Source: the human T2T-CHM13v2.0 reference genome, Homo sapiens. From it: 64,000 bases of DNA. How positions within the stretch are numbered: position 1 is the first letter of the stretch; the number at the start of each line of letters is the position of its first letter. Shown here piece by piece: positions 29,059-42,480 of this stretch. The notes below the pieces were generated by a model that saw nothing but the letters and a program-made list of their open reading frames with translations, had not been told where the DNA came from and searched no databases. The translations under genes and the position numbers were made by a program. The stretch is from the NCBI RefSeq assembly GCF_009914755.1, contig NC_060927.1; one strand, 5' to 3'.

Positions 29059-29268
29059 GTTAGGACCACCAGGTCAAACGTTGATGCCTGGTTCAATTTG
29101 AATTTTAGATAAACAACCATTTCTTAGCATAAGGATTCCATACTTAGCAAATATTCCATACTTGGGATATACTTATGATTAAAAAATTATTTATTGTTTA
29201 TCTAGTATTATTTATTATGTTGAGCTGAGTGTCTTGTATATTTTCACTTGCTAAATCTGGGGCCCAGT
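29059..29268. mobile_element. MER53 palindromic hAT MITE, diverged
   Basis: aatttgaattttagataaacaa...ttattgtttatct...ttgctaaatctgg matches the recalled MER53 inverted-repeat structure. Confidence 0.7.
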
Positions 29269-29761
29269 TAATTCATTCCACAAGTGAGATGTCATCATGC
29301 TGGCATTTCATTTCAGACACACGAAGCATTTCAGTTGGATAAAAGTAAACACCAGCCAAATTTAATGTAAAGATTAAGGTTGGTAAACTGAGTCTAGGTG
29401 CTTTATATCAAATGTGTGATTGTTTCTTGGTTTGAGGCTGCAGATGTGAAACATTTAATAGAAGGACTCAAAGAGAGAGAATTCTTACTATTAACTTGAT
29501 TTCTCCTGTGAATTGGGAAAGACTATCATTGTTTTATCTGAAATGCAGAACATACTCATTCTAACTGGAAGAATGTCAAGAACCCACCAGGATGCATCTT
29601 GTTAACACAGGCTGGAAACGCAGATAGTGGCCCAGGAGGGCGGCCTGGGGCAGCCAGCAGGGCAAGCTTCAGGCAGAACTGAACAGTTTACAATGGCCAT
29701 GAGACAGGGCAGTCAGCGGGGGAGGGGAAGGCCTGAGGCTGCACAGCACCTATAAAAGGTG

Positions 29762-30048
29762 GGAGAGTGTGAGAGTGCATGTGTGTGTGAGCATGTGTGA
29801 GAATGTGAGTGTGTGAGTGGGTGTGTGGGGGTGTGTGTGAGAGAGAGAACGAGAGAGTGTATGTGAGTGCGAGTGAGCGTGTGTGTTTGAGAGAGTGAAA
29901 GTATGTGTGTGAGAGACAGAGAAAACGAGTGTGAGCATGTGAGTGTGTGTATGAGAGTGTGAGTGAGTGTGCGAGTGTATGTGTTTGAGAGTGTGTGTGA
30001 GAGAGAGAAAGAGAGCGAGAGAGCGTGTGTGTGTGTATGTGTGTGTGG
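29762..30048. repeat. Compound (GT)/(GA) microsatellite
   Basis: Direct reading. Confidence 0.9.
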
Positions 30049-31287
30049 TGTTGGCACTCTGGAGCATGCAGAGTCCATTATGAGTGTGCAGCAGGGTCCA
30101 GGCACACTCAGACTTGGGAGCAGGGGGAGCTGGGGATCCATAACCCAGGGGAAAGCTGGGTCTGCTGCCATGGCCTTTGCAGGAGGGACCCTACAGGGAG
30201 CAGGCAGGGCCTGTCTGAAGGGTTGAAGTCTCAGGCTGAGAAGCAGGGGTTGATTACCCTGGGAGAAGCCTGTCAGATGATTGGAGCCCAATTGGAAGTG
30301 GTTGGGGCCTGTCCAGTTGGCTGGGGCCTGCCTGGCACCTGACCAGGCATGAAGGGACAGTGAGGGCAGGAATGAAGTGGCCAGGGAGGGCCAGGAAGGC
30401 ATCTCTGGGTGGACAGAGGTGCTGGGAGCTATGCTGTCTGGCATAGGCTGTTATTATGTAGGATGGAAATTTAGCTCCTACCTCTACCTGCTGTTGGCCA
30501 ATCAGCCAGATGTCTCCCATCAATACTTGGCCTGAAAGCTGGCTCTCACATGAATCGTCTCTTTGGATGAATCATGTCTCTCCTCGGAAGCTGCTTTCTC
30601 ATCAGCCCAAATGACAGGACCCAGAGAGTTACAGCTTGGTGTGCTTGGGGAAGTCACAGCTTCTCTCCTGGATGGGCTGGCTGATCACAGCAATTGGCAT
30701 GGATCCACAGGCAGTCCCTGAACCTAGAATGTCTCCATGCAGGATCACCTGCCTTGGCCCTGCACCCTCACGATAGTGCCTGAGACTCGGGCACACATCA
30801 CACCAGTCCTGCCTCACCTTTCTCAGGGAGTCTGAAAGTGAAAATAACTGGCAAGAAAAGTGAAACTGCTTCTCCTCCCTCCCTGGGGGAAGGGACAAGG
30901 AGCAAGCAGCAAGCCTAAGTGGCCGAGGAGGCAAAGGTCAATTTGTGCCCCTTGAAATGGAAACCCAGAGGAACCTTTGCGACTTCCTCATTCCTAGTCT
31001 CATCAGCTGTTCCTGAATGGCTCTGGTTCCTGGAACACAGCAGGCCCCAAAGGCTATCATTAGAGCCCTGTCAGCCAGGTGACCCTGGTGGCCTGCCCCG
31101 CCCATTCTACATGAAGGCCAGCTGAGCTGCTGAAGGTAAAGAGAGTGGCTGCGCACACGAGCCACAGGCAGAATCACATACACACTTGGACATGCGTGGC
31201 CATGAACAGGATCAAACACACCTGCATACATGCATCCATTCTCAGGTGCACACAGCTAGAGACACCCTCACCCACAGCTCTCCGACA

Positions 31288-31330
<43 letters not shown>
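31288..31330. repeat. Pure (CA)n microsatellite (~21 units)
   Basis: Direct reading. Confidence 0.95.
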
Positions 31331-31331
<1 letters not shown>

Positions 31332-31505
31332 CTCTCCCTAGGTACAAGCCCACACAGACACACATAAACATGCTTTCCCCCCAGCCCTGCCTGCGTAGCA
31401 TCTCTCCTGGCACAAACACACAGGCGCCCATGGCCACGGGACATAGCGCACTCTTGCATGTACACCTTTTCCTGTCCACACACATGCCCAGTTGCCCAGT
31501 TCATA

Positions 31506-31605
31506 GACACACAGTCAGCTGTGCAGCTTCACTGCTGACATCAAGCCACAGGGGTGCTGCTGTGACTTGATGTCAGCAGTGAAGCTGCACAGCTGGCTAT
31601 GTGTC
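31506..31605. repeat. Inverted repeat with 46-bp arms and an 8-nt spacer
   Basis: 31506-31551 is the reverse complement of 31560-31605 with 3 mismatches; perfect 30-bp core (31516-31545 / 31566-31595). Confidence 0.95.
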
Positions 31606-32014
31606 CTCTGGACAAGAACACCAGCTTCTCCCTCCCCTCCAGTCTGGAAATGGCCTCCACCACGTCTCCGTTGGGCAGCAGAGCAGTGCCCCATAACTGC
31701 ATTTTGTCCAGTTTGCACTGACCCAAAGGGCACTTGAGATCCAGGCCCTTCAAAGCTCAAGCCAACCATTTGCTGGCTGCTTTTCCCATGTGGGTTTAAA
31801 TGCAGAGTGGCTACCTGGGCTCTCTGGTATTGAGAAAGTTTTCATTTCCATGCTAGAGAGGCTCTTCCAAGCTGCGATAAACACAGGCACACTCCAGTTA
31901 CTTTGAGTCACGAATGTTTATTGTAAAGGAGAAAGGACAGACAGATGGGCAGGACACTATCAGTGCAGTTAGGACATAGGGTTTAGGATTCATTCAAAGG
32001 CAGCCTTAAAAATG

Positions 32015-32240
32015 AAGATAGCTGGCAATTGTTGAGCATTTCCTCTTCCTGAGTGCTAGGCATGGCCCCAGATACTCTGTGTGCTTTATGCTGGATGCTG
32101 GCAACAGTCTCTTGGAACAGGTTGTCATCAGCATCCCGATTTGAGGAGGAGGACGTTACGGCTTAGAGAGAGAGGTTTGTAACTTGCCCAAGTCCCACAG
32201 CTAGTAAGTTCAGGGCTAGGGTGCAAACCTAGCTGTCAGG
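32015..32240 (-). mobile_element. MIR
   Basis: gtaacttgcccaagtcccacagctagtaagt core. Confidence 0.7.
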
Positions 32241-34829
32241 AGCCCATCAATGTACCCCAGGAAAACCACTCTGCAGAGGAGACCCTCTATTTTGCTACTG
32301 CCCAGATGCTGGCATCCATGGCTCCTGCCCTGGGGGATCTGTCATTCTTATGACACGGCTTCCCTCTGTGTCTCTCTCTGCTTCCCACTCTCCTTCTCTG
32401 CTTCTCACTCTGCGTGTCCCCAGTTCAAAACTCCCTGAGAAGCCCTTCAAGGTCAGTTGGATTTCAGCACATGTAGAACCACTCTGAGGCAAAGGAAAGT
32501 AAACACTTGCCTAGCTAAACCCACGTGCCTGGGGCTGCCTCACCAGCTAATGGCTGCCTTTGGGTGGGACAGTCAGCTGCCATCTGGGCAGCAGGTCACA
32601 GCCCATATAGGACCCCTGTGGGTGGAACAGACATCTACAGACCACAGAATGTCTGATGTGCTTTCAAATACTGTTATTGGAAATCTTTACTGAACATGTT
32701 TCTTATATTCCTGACTTTGTAAGATTTATCTAGTACACATAATTGAACTTTTTAAAATTGGTCCGGATTGTATGACTCCCAGGATATCATTCTGAATTCC
32801 AACTGGATCAGGCCACAAAAGTAGGAGGTATGGAGAGCTATTTTGTGGTGACAACCAGGAAATTCCCTAAACATCTTTTAAAAATACATTCCTGCTTGGT
32901 TATTTGCCCTCATTTTAATGTGGAGGCAACAATGAGAAGGAAAAGTCCCTGGCAATGGGCTCCAGGGAACTTCGACTTCATGGTGGAAGCTGCAAATGCA
33001 GGCAGGTCCCAGCAGATGTGGCTCCCTTCTCCCAGGTGCTTCCAGGCAGGCTGCTGAGAACCATCTGCCCTGGGGGTCTTCCAGGGACTCCTCAGACATG
33101 TGGGCTCCGGGCCAGCTCCTTTGTTGCCTCCCTACCCTGGAGCTGCCTCCACTGATAGAGGACAGAAGATGGATGTCTCTGGTCGCTCCAGCCCCACAAC
33201 ACCCACAAACACAGGCTGCTAATCCAGTCTTGGAACTGTCAGGAAAAGCCCATTTTCATTTGATCCTTTGCACAAATAGATTAGAGGCCACCGACCTTGA
33301 CGTCTGAGCATTGTTCAGCTTGTGTTAGAAAACATCCATATTTAGGGCGGTTGGGAGAGGCACGGAGGAGGGAGCAAAGGTCCAAAACACTCACTGAGAA
33401 GACTTGACCAGGACTGAACATTCACACCCAAGCTAAAGTCTGAACTCTGAGCGCCATCCTATGTCAAAAAGGATTCCCTGTGGACCTGAAACACCCAAAA
33501 CCAGCAGCTACTGGGGAATGAATGCTTTTCCAGGATCATCAGCTCCTTTTGGGCTCATCCCTTCCATGCTGACTGAGCTTGGGTGGCTGACCTTTTGTTT
33601 TCTTATATGTGGGAGGCAATTGAGAGCAAGGCTGTGAGGCTGGAATTCAAACCCCTCTCCCCATGGCCCCAGGGTGTGTCCATGTGGGGCTGCCAGATAC
33701 ACAGGAAAGGAGAGAAGAGCTGGGAAATGTTGACTCTGGATTTTAGGCAGCCTGGGTCCTCCCTTTTTCCTAAATCAGGACCCAGTCAAGTAAGGAGATT
33801 GCCTCTGACCATGTGCTGCAGCTTGACAGTAACATGACAATAGACCAAAACCCACAGTTACTCGAGGCAAACCTAGATTTTTAAGGGGAGTGTATGTGGG
33901 TGGCCTTATTTTACTGAGAAAAACCTTGTTTTGTTTATATTTTTCCCCTTACTTTGCAGAAGAAATAAGATCCCTTCTACCAAGGTTGTGCGTGATTTCT
34001 ACTTCATTACTTGACTTGGAAACTCTCCCAAGAGGGTTGATATTCACAGTGTTGACATGTCGGTCTTGTTCTCCTGACCTTTAGCCTATATTGTTGACCA
34101 AAGCTGTTTAAAGGGCTCCCTGTGTGAAAGGAAGCTGGGGTCGGGCGATTCTCGGGAAGGCAAGAGAACAACACCCCATCTCATGACTAAATCAAAACTC
34201 AGCTCAGGACAGGAGGATCTAGGGCTGAGTGGCTGCAGCAGAGAGATGATCCCTAAGTGGAGAAGCGAGTCTGGCCCTGGCCAGCAGCCTCCCGGAGCCC
34301 TTTGCCCTCACATGGGTGATCTGAGCATCTGTGGCTCAGAGGTGATCACTTGACACAAGCAGATCTCCCAACCCAAGGAAGCCAGCGTGTCCATACAGGA
34401 CATCCAGAGTGTGAGGAAGGACGAGGGAGTTTGGGCCCTGGGCCCTGGGTGCCTACCCAGCCATATTCAGGGAATTCAGCCTTCTTCTCTCTTCTGCCAA
34501 TGATGAAAAGGAGAGAAGAGGCTAAACTTTTCCTCTCAATCAATGCGACCAAGGCCCTTCCAGAAAGCTCCTGCTTGTGCAACGTGGTGTGTTCCTGAGG
34601 GTCCCTGCTTAGGGACAGCCTAAGGTGCTATGGGGACTCGTTTTGAGCTACCAGATCTTTCAGGCTGAGAGACCTAGCTGGAAATCTCCAGGACCAGGGA
34701 GGCAGGGGCTGGATGGCAGGGGTTGGATGTTTGAAGCAAATGTGTATGCAGAAGGGTCTGAGTGGGAGAGAAGTGAGCAGCGTGGTTCTCTGGGCGTGCT
34801 GACATCTGTTGCATTCTGTCCAGGCGTAC

Positions 34830-35218
34830 TGTCTTAGTTTCCCAGGGCTGCCATAATGAAGTACCTCCAACTGCATGGCTTCAAAAAGAAATTTCTGTCT
34901 CACGGTTCTGGAGGCTGGAAGTCCAAGATCGGGGTGTTGGCAGGATCCGTTTCTTTTGAGCCCTCCCTCTTTGACTGGTCGATGATCACTTTCTTCCTAT
35001 TTCTTCATGTTATCTTCCTTCTGAATGTGTCTGTGTCCAAAATTCCTCTTCTTATAAGGACACCAGCTATATTGGATTAGAGCCCACCCTAATGACCTCA
35101 TTTTAACTTAATTACCTCTGTAAAGATCCTGTCTTCAAATATGGTCACCTTCTAAGGTGTACTGCAGGTGAGGACTTCAATGTATGCATTTCGGGGGAAC
35201 ACAATTTGGCCTGTAACA
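34830..35218 (-). mobile_element. Solo MaLR LTR (MLT1B/C-like)
   Basis: tgtcttagtttcccagggctgcc...gttctggaggctggaagtccaagatc...gtaaca. Confidence 0.85.
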
Positions 35219-35488
35219 TCTACCTAGAGCAGAAAGCATCTTATCCCAAATGAGCAGCTTTGCAGCCCTGCTGCCAACCGAAGCCATTTCACCCATAAAG
35301 GCACAGTCCTATACTGCTCACGAAGCATTTGCACTTGTGATTTCTCCTTTAATCTCTCTGACCCTTCTGAAGTCAGCAGAGAAGACATTCTTGTCCCATT
35401 TCACAGATGAGAAGAAAGAGTTCCTGAGAGGTAAAGTATGTGGCCTTGAGCCCCACTGCCAGGAAGTGAGAGAGCTGAGCTGAGACGT

Positions 35489-35841
35489 GGTATCTCAGTC
35501 TGTTATCTCTTGCTATAACAGAGTACCAGGCTGGGTAATTCATAAAGAAAAGAAATTTATTTCTTACAGTTCTGGAGGCTGGGAAGTCTAAGAGCATGAT
35601 GCCAGCATCTGGTGAGGGGCATCCCATGGCAGAAGGGCAGAAGGTGGAAGTGGGCATGTGAGACAGAGAAAGGAAATTGGCTGAATTCATCCTTTTTATC
35701 AGGAACCCAAAACAGTAATAATCAGCATTAATCCATTCACCATCATGACTTAATCTCTTAAAGGTCCTGCCTCTCAACACAGCTGCTTTGAGGATTATGC
35801 TTCCAACACATGAATCTTGCGGACACAGTCAGACTGTAGCA
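35489..35841 (-). mobile_element. Solo MaLR LTR (MST/MLT1A-like)
   Basis: tgctataacagagtacc...cagttctggaggctgggaagtctaag...gtagca. Confidence 0.8.
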
Positions 35842-36645
35842 CCCAGCCTCCTCACTCCTCCTGCAGAGCTCTTTCAAACTCACTGGGTCTGGACCAGAAC
35901 ATTCCCTCTCAAGGAGGGAAGAAAATATTTCATCTGAGAGCTTCCCATCCAAATCAGGTATGGTGACACTCTGCTTGTCCTGTTTAATTTGCCAGAGCTT
36001 TACCACAACATTTATTTGTTAAATAAAGTTGCTGCTCTCTGATGTTAGCCCGAGTCCACTGCTGTAGGCCAGGCACTCTTCTAGGCACTTCATCTGCATT
36101 ATGTCTCATAGTAGTCCAGTGAAATCATATTTGTGGATGAGAAAGTGGGAACATAAGGAGGTAAAATAAAGCACCTAGTTAGTGCTGGAGGGGTAAACTG
36201 AACTCAGATAAGAGTAAGTTAGAATCCCTTGTTCTTTGCAGGGTAGTGGTCTCTGATAAATTTATTAATTCAATAAGTATCTATTAAAGATAGCTTTATG
36301 CTAAGCACTGTTGAAGGCTACTCCAGACGCTTAGGATCAATCAGTTTACAAAACACACACTGGTCCCTAGCCTTGGGGAGCTTATATTCTACCAGGAGGA
36401 GACAAATAATAAATATGAGTAAATTATGTTACATATTAGAAAGTGAAAAGTGCTATGGAGAATACAGGTGCAAGGCAGGGGTGATCAGAAATACTGGGGG
36501 TGAGGGAAAGTTGCAATATGATACAGGGTGGTCAGGAAGTCCTCAAGGAGAAGGTGACATTTAAGTAGTGGATTAGGAGTCCAGCAACCTGCATTCCTGC
36601 ATCAACTCCAGCTTGGTTTCTCAGTGTACTTGAAAAATGACTTCA

Positions 36646-36931
36646 GCCAGGCGTGGTGGCTCATGCCTGTAATCCTAGCACTTTGGGAGGCCGAGGCAGG
36701 TGGATCGCTTGAGGCCAGAAGTTCAAGATCGGCCTGACCAACATGGCGAAACCCTGTCTCTACTGAAAATACAAAAATTAGCCAGGTGTCGTGGTGTGTG
36801 CCTGTGGTCCCAGCTACTCAGGAGGCTGAAGCAGAGATCACTTGAACCCAGGAGATGGAGATTTCAGTGAGCTGAGATCGTACCACTGCACTCCAGCCTG
36901 GGTGACAGAGCGAGACCCTGTGAAAGAAAAA

Positions 36932-37015
<84 letters not shown>

Positions 37016-37186
37016 AGAAAGAAAGAAAGAAAGGAACGAAGGAAGGAAGGAAGGAAGGAAGGAAGGAAAGAAAGAAAGAAGAAAAGAAGGAAAGAAGGAA
37101 AGAAAGAAAGAAAGAAAGAAGGAAGGAAGGAAGGAAGGAAAGAAAGAAAGAAAGAAAGAGAGAAAGAGAAAGAAAAGAAAAGAAAG
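36646..37186 (+). mobile_element. Alu with a ~260-bp (AAAG)n/(AAGG)n expanded tail
   Basis: Alu body to ~36921, then a purine microsatellite; gacttc TSD remnant on both sides; inserted in a MIR. Confidence 0.95.
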
Positions 37187-38149
37187 ACTTCTCCTGGGCC
37201 TCAGTTTCCCCACCTGTCAAATGTAGGTGTTGGTCAAGATCCCTGTGCTCCTCTCCAGCTCCCTGGAGGTTTTCTGTGCCTGAAGAGAAGCCCATGCAGT
37301 GTGGGGCCATGGATTTACTCACCTACTTATTTTTCCTACAGGATTTAGCCCGATTTCCTGGCATCCCCCTCTCCCCAACTAACCTCTCAACTTGGTCTGA
37401 GCCACTTCTGCAGGAAGGCTGTTGGGTTGAGCTGAGCTCAGAAGAGTGCTGGAAGAAATCTGGGTCACACAGTACCACTGCCCCCCACCCCAGGAGGGGA
37501 GCTCCTTCTGAGATGTGGGGAGCACAGTCATGGTGGGCATACACAGACCCAACTAGAAGGTCCCTTAGGGACCCCTGTTTCACTAATTGAGCAGCTGAGG
37601 CTAAGAGAGGGGAAGCGACTAGTCCAGGGTCTCACAGAGGTCACTGAAAATATCTGACTTAAAAAAAAAAACAGTTTTATTGAGGCATAACTAGCACATA
37701 TTAAACCACACATATAGTGTACAATTTATTGTATTTTGACACACATATACACCCACTCAACCATCTCCACAGTCAAGATACTTCACATTCCCATCAGCTT
37801 CCAAATTTTCTCCTGTTCTTTTGTATCCCCCTTATTCCACACTCCAAGCCCCTCGGATCTATTTTCTACCACTATCGTTTAGTTTCTGCATATATTTTAA
37901 AATAGAGCTGACAGGACTGGCTGATAGATTGGGTGTACATTTTGAAAGAGAAGGGTCTAGAATGACTCTGAGAGTTTGGCCTGAGTAACCAAAAGCTGGA
38001 GTTGTCATCATTTGAGTTAAGGGAGGAAGGAACCTCAAGCAGCTCCCCACGTGGAAAAGGCATTGGTGGCAGCTTCCAGAAGAGCCTGGAGTTGCAGAGA
38101 CAGCTTGTCCTGGAGAACAGAGATGGAATTGAAAGCCAGGGCTAACTAA

Positions 38150-38430
38150 GCCAGGCGTGGTAGCTCATGCCTGTAATCCCAGCACTTTGGGAGGCCGAGG
38201 TGGGTGGATCACTTAAGCCCAGGAGTTCGAGACCTCACTATGTAAAGACATAGTGAGACCCTGTCTTTACAAAAAATAAAAAAGTTCTATGGGTCTGGTG
38301 GTGTGTGCCTGTGGTCTCAGCTACTTGAGAGGCTGAGGCAGGTGGAATGCTTGAGCCCAGGAGGTGGAGGCGGCAGTAAGCCACTGCCCTCCAGCCTGGG
38401 GAACACAGGGAAATCCTGAATCCAAAAAGA
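38150..38430 (+). mobile_element. Alu (AluJ-like, diverged)
   Basis: Dimeric Alu; TSD remnant gaaagccagg. Confidence 0.85.
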
Positions 38431-38590
38431 AAGCCAGGACCTGAGGGAGGTCTCCAAGGATCAAGGGTACCTGGAGACAGAGCCTGGCTCTGGATGGCTT
38501 GTGGACCATCTCTCTAGAAAAATGCACTCTTGTCCACAACTCTGCTCCCCAAAAGGAGTCACAGAGTCCCTGAGCCCTGGAAAGGAGCCC

Positions 38591-38666
38591 TTCCAGGGCA
38601 GACCTGTGTCATTCCATCTTAATGTTTCTTCCAGGGCAGACCTGTGTCATTCCATCTTAATGTTTC
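38591..38666. repeat. Perfect 38-bp tandem duplication
   Basis: ttccagggcagacctgtgtcattccatcttaatgtttc x2. Confidence 0.95.
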
Positions 38667-41480
38667 TGGTGCCCGCACAGTGCCTGGCCCTGGTAAGAGC
38701 TTGTACATGCTTATTGAACCACGTGGCTGGAAGAATAAAGGGAAACTTTTCCCTTCTACAGTTAGGAACCCTCTTCTGCTTTCTTCCCAGAAGGCACACC
38801 AGGCCCTGAGTCACATGAATAGGATTTGCAGTCCTTTACCATCAGCTGGAGAGCGATTTCCCAGTCTGTAATGACCACTCCCAGGGACTGGGAGAGTTTC
38901 CCTTTCTCCAGCTCTCACCTCTGGCCTGTGATTCTGCGAGAAGGAAAAAGCAAAATGACGTTTGATTCAGTAACACCTTTCAAGAACTTTCCCTCAGCTG
39001 ACCACCCAATAACCTTGCCAGTTAGCTCTTATCATCCCCACTTCACAGATGAGGAAAGGGAGGCTACAGAGAGAAGACAGGAGCAGGTTTGAACCCACCA
39101 TCTCTGACATCACTGCAGCCTCCCTGCAAGGAGGACGTTCTGTTGAAGAAGGGGCAGCACCCTTGGTGGCATTGTACAAAGGCTTGAGGGACTCTGCCTC
39201 TCGTTTGAGGGTCTCCTCACTGGGCACTGCCCCTGAACAGGTCTCTTTTCACCCCTGCAAACATATATAAGACATTGTGTACCAGGTGGACGACTGCCCC
39301 TCTGACCCACCTGCCCAGCACCCTACCCTGGCCTGTTCTCTCATGTCAGCCCCACATCGTCCAGGCCCTAAACTGCCTCCTCCTACCCCAGCTGTATGCA
39401 GGACCTCATGGAAGTACCTTCTGAAGACCCCAATCCTGCTAAAACATTCCATTGTCTCTGCTTCCCCAGTAAGCATGGGCGGGCACTCCCACTGTGTCTG
39501 GCCAGCACACAGGCAGCAGGCACTGTCCCAGCCCTCCTGCAGCCGGAGTGAGTCAACGGATCACCCCCAAGAGAGTCACGGTGGCCATGAGGAGTGCTGC
39601 AGAGAAGTCCAGGGCGTGGGACAGAGGGACCAGCCCTCCGGGAGGTCCATACAGGCATCCCAGGGATTGAGGGGAGAGCTGGGGCTGAGGGATGAGGGGA
39701 GAGCGGTCCAGGCAGAGGAGAGAGCTGACAGAGGCATAAGGGGAGGAGAGGCCTGTGTGCCTGAGGGTAGACCAGGAAGACCAGAGAGGATGTCTGGAGG
39801 GAAAGCAGAACAGGAATCTGTGAGCCTTGGACACCAGCAGAGAAGCCAGCCCAGTAGCTGGGCCCAGGCACTGGGGTCTAGCAGGGGCCTTGTTTTGTGT
39901 GTGTGTTGGCAGGGAGTCCAGGCTGGGTGGTCACATGGCAGGCCCCAAGAACTTTGCCCGTCAGAGAGGAGGCTGCTGATGTCCCCACCCAGTTTATCTC
40001 ACAGTTTATCTGTGGAGAAGAATTTCTGCCTTGGTCAAAAACTCTCAGTGGACTGTAGCCCAGGCCTTTGGTCTGCTGAGAGTTTCTGACTGAGGCGGAA
40101 AGGCTGAGCCCTGGAATCTGCTGACCTCTGACTCCTGCAAGGCTCAGGAGCTGAAGCTCATTCTTTCCAGTGCCAAAGCCCTGCTGAAGATGAGGGCGGG
40201 CAAGGCCCAGAGCCGGGCAGGGCTGCTCAGAAGCATCCACTTCCCTTAGGATGGTTCACACAAAGGCCTGGACTCTCCCCAGAGCCTCCTCCCTCCTCCT
40301 TGGCATCCTTTCCTGATAAGGAGAGGAAGGCCTCTGAGGCCAGGGTCAGCTATAAGCACACAGCCAGGAAAGTGCCAGCTCATTGCTTCCTGGGCAGAGC
40401 CCTGCCAAGAGTCCTGGAAGCCAGAGCCTTTCAGGAAACTTTGCCGTTGGTTTTTGGAAACCTGTCCTGCCGCTGCACAGGAGCAGGGCACACACGGCCT
40501 GCATTGGGAGGGAAGTCCCAGTGGCTGAAGGGAGTGGGGTCTTGGGGGATAGCTGTCAGGCAGTGCCCCGGGTGTGGGGAGGGCACCAGCCTCAGAGAGA
40601 CCTCACCCTTGAGCACCATTCACCCTCAAGCCTCTGGGGCCTCATCTGTAGGATGAAAATCATAGCAGGTCTGCCAGCGCCCATGGAGAGGTTTGAGACA
40701 GTAGGAGGAACTAAGGTGCTTTCAAACTGTGAAGGGAGACTCCCCTAGTCCTGTTATCCTGGGGAGAGACACTGAGGTCAGCCAGTAACCACAAGCATCC
40801 ATGGGAAGCAGAGAATTGGTGAGCTGCCTGGGGCCCTCAGGGACCCACAGCGCCAGGAGTCAGGTGAGGGCTGATGGAGACTTCCTCCGCACTAGTGCCC
40901 TTGATTCTGAAACCCAGTGCCTGGGATTCTTCTCCACAGATAAACTGTGAGTGCTGAATGCCCCTGTCACGCCAAGACTTGGGCTTGCGTTTGGGCTGGT
41001 GACTTAGCTGGATCCGTTGAGAGTCTTCTGCAGGGGCAGGGGATGCACACACACGCATTCTGGGAGTTCACACTCTCCCCGGGGCGAGGAAGGCACAGGG
41101 AGCCTGGCTGCAGAGCCCCGGGAGGTCAGTGTGTGGGCGTGAGGACACAATTGAGAACAATTCCCAGGCGGTTCCCATTGCTCTCTGCACTCCGTTCTGG
41201 GTCTGCCTCCGTGGACTCTTCCCTGTGGTGAGTTCTCAAGGGTGTGGGTGTGGGTGTGTTTCCTTCTCCTTAGAGCTCAGAGTGTGGGTCACAGAGCAGG
41301 ACCTCTGCATCTGCTGGGAAGATGAACAGAACACACTCATGAAGAACTCTCAACTCAAGCCTCTTTGTCTCTAGCACCTAGCACAGCATCTGCCATATAG
41401 CAAGTGCTCAATAAATACCTGCTAGCTATTTGCTCCCCCAATAAACCCTGGTCCACAGTCTAGTACTATTGGACATTTCC

Positions 41481-41520
41481 CAAACATGCCTCTTGTCTTC
41501 CAAACATGCCTCTTGTCTTC
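41481..41520. repeat. Perfect 20-bp tandem duplication
   Basis: caaacatgcctcttgtcttc x2. Confidence 0.95.
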
Positions 41521-42078
41521 TAGCTTCCCAGCCCTGTTCTTTCTGCCTGGGGAAAGCCCCTCTTCCAATGAACATTTGGAGTGTCCTTCATGGGCCTCCT
41601 TTTCTGGGCTGACTTCTCTGACCTGTCTGACCCAGACTCAACACCACCCCCAGTCAAAGACTCCCAAGGACATTCCTCAGTCTTACTGACAACTTCCTGA
41701 ATCTAAGTGCTCACTCACGCCTCCCAACCCCAGCCTTTTCCCTGGCCCTCACCCTAGTCTCAGCACCTAACTAGGGTACATACCAGCAGATGATGTCCAG
41801 CAGTTTGCAAAGACGCGTAGGTGTGCACGTGCCCTCTCTGACTTGCAGGGGTACATATTATCAGTGCACACATGCACATGCTCGCTGCTTTTCAGGAGAC
41901 ACCAGGCTGGCTAATAGAGGTGAGAGGTGCTCGACACGTCACCTCCCTCCATTGGAAAGTAAGTGGTGGTTTTAGAAGAGCACAGAGCTGGCTCCAGGAA
42001 GCCTAGGCAGGTGACCTTGGAAAAAATCACCTCCCTGAGCCTCAGTTCCTCCATCTGTAAAATGAAGGCGTGGGATCA

Positions 42079-42480
<402 letters not shown>

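Noticed and set aside
29059-29268. MER53 as a miR-1302-type hairpin precursor
   Set aside because: The arms are heavily diverged with an internal duplication, so a clean stem is not evident.
36818-37348. Lys/Glu/Arg- and Phe/Ser/Leu-rich ORFs (likewise 24461-24781)
   Set aside because: Translations of Alu plus (AAAG)n tails.
39277-40089. Longest ORF in the track (270 aa)
   Set aside because: Non-ATG start, no recognisable domain, GC-rich sequence with overlapping ORFs on both strands; consistent with chance.
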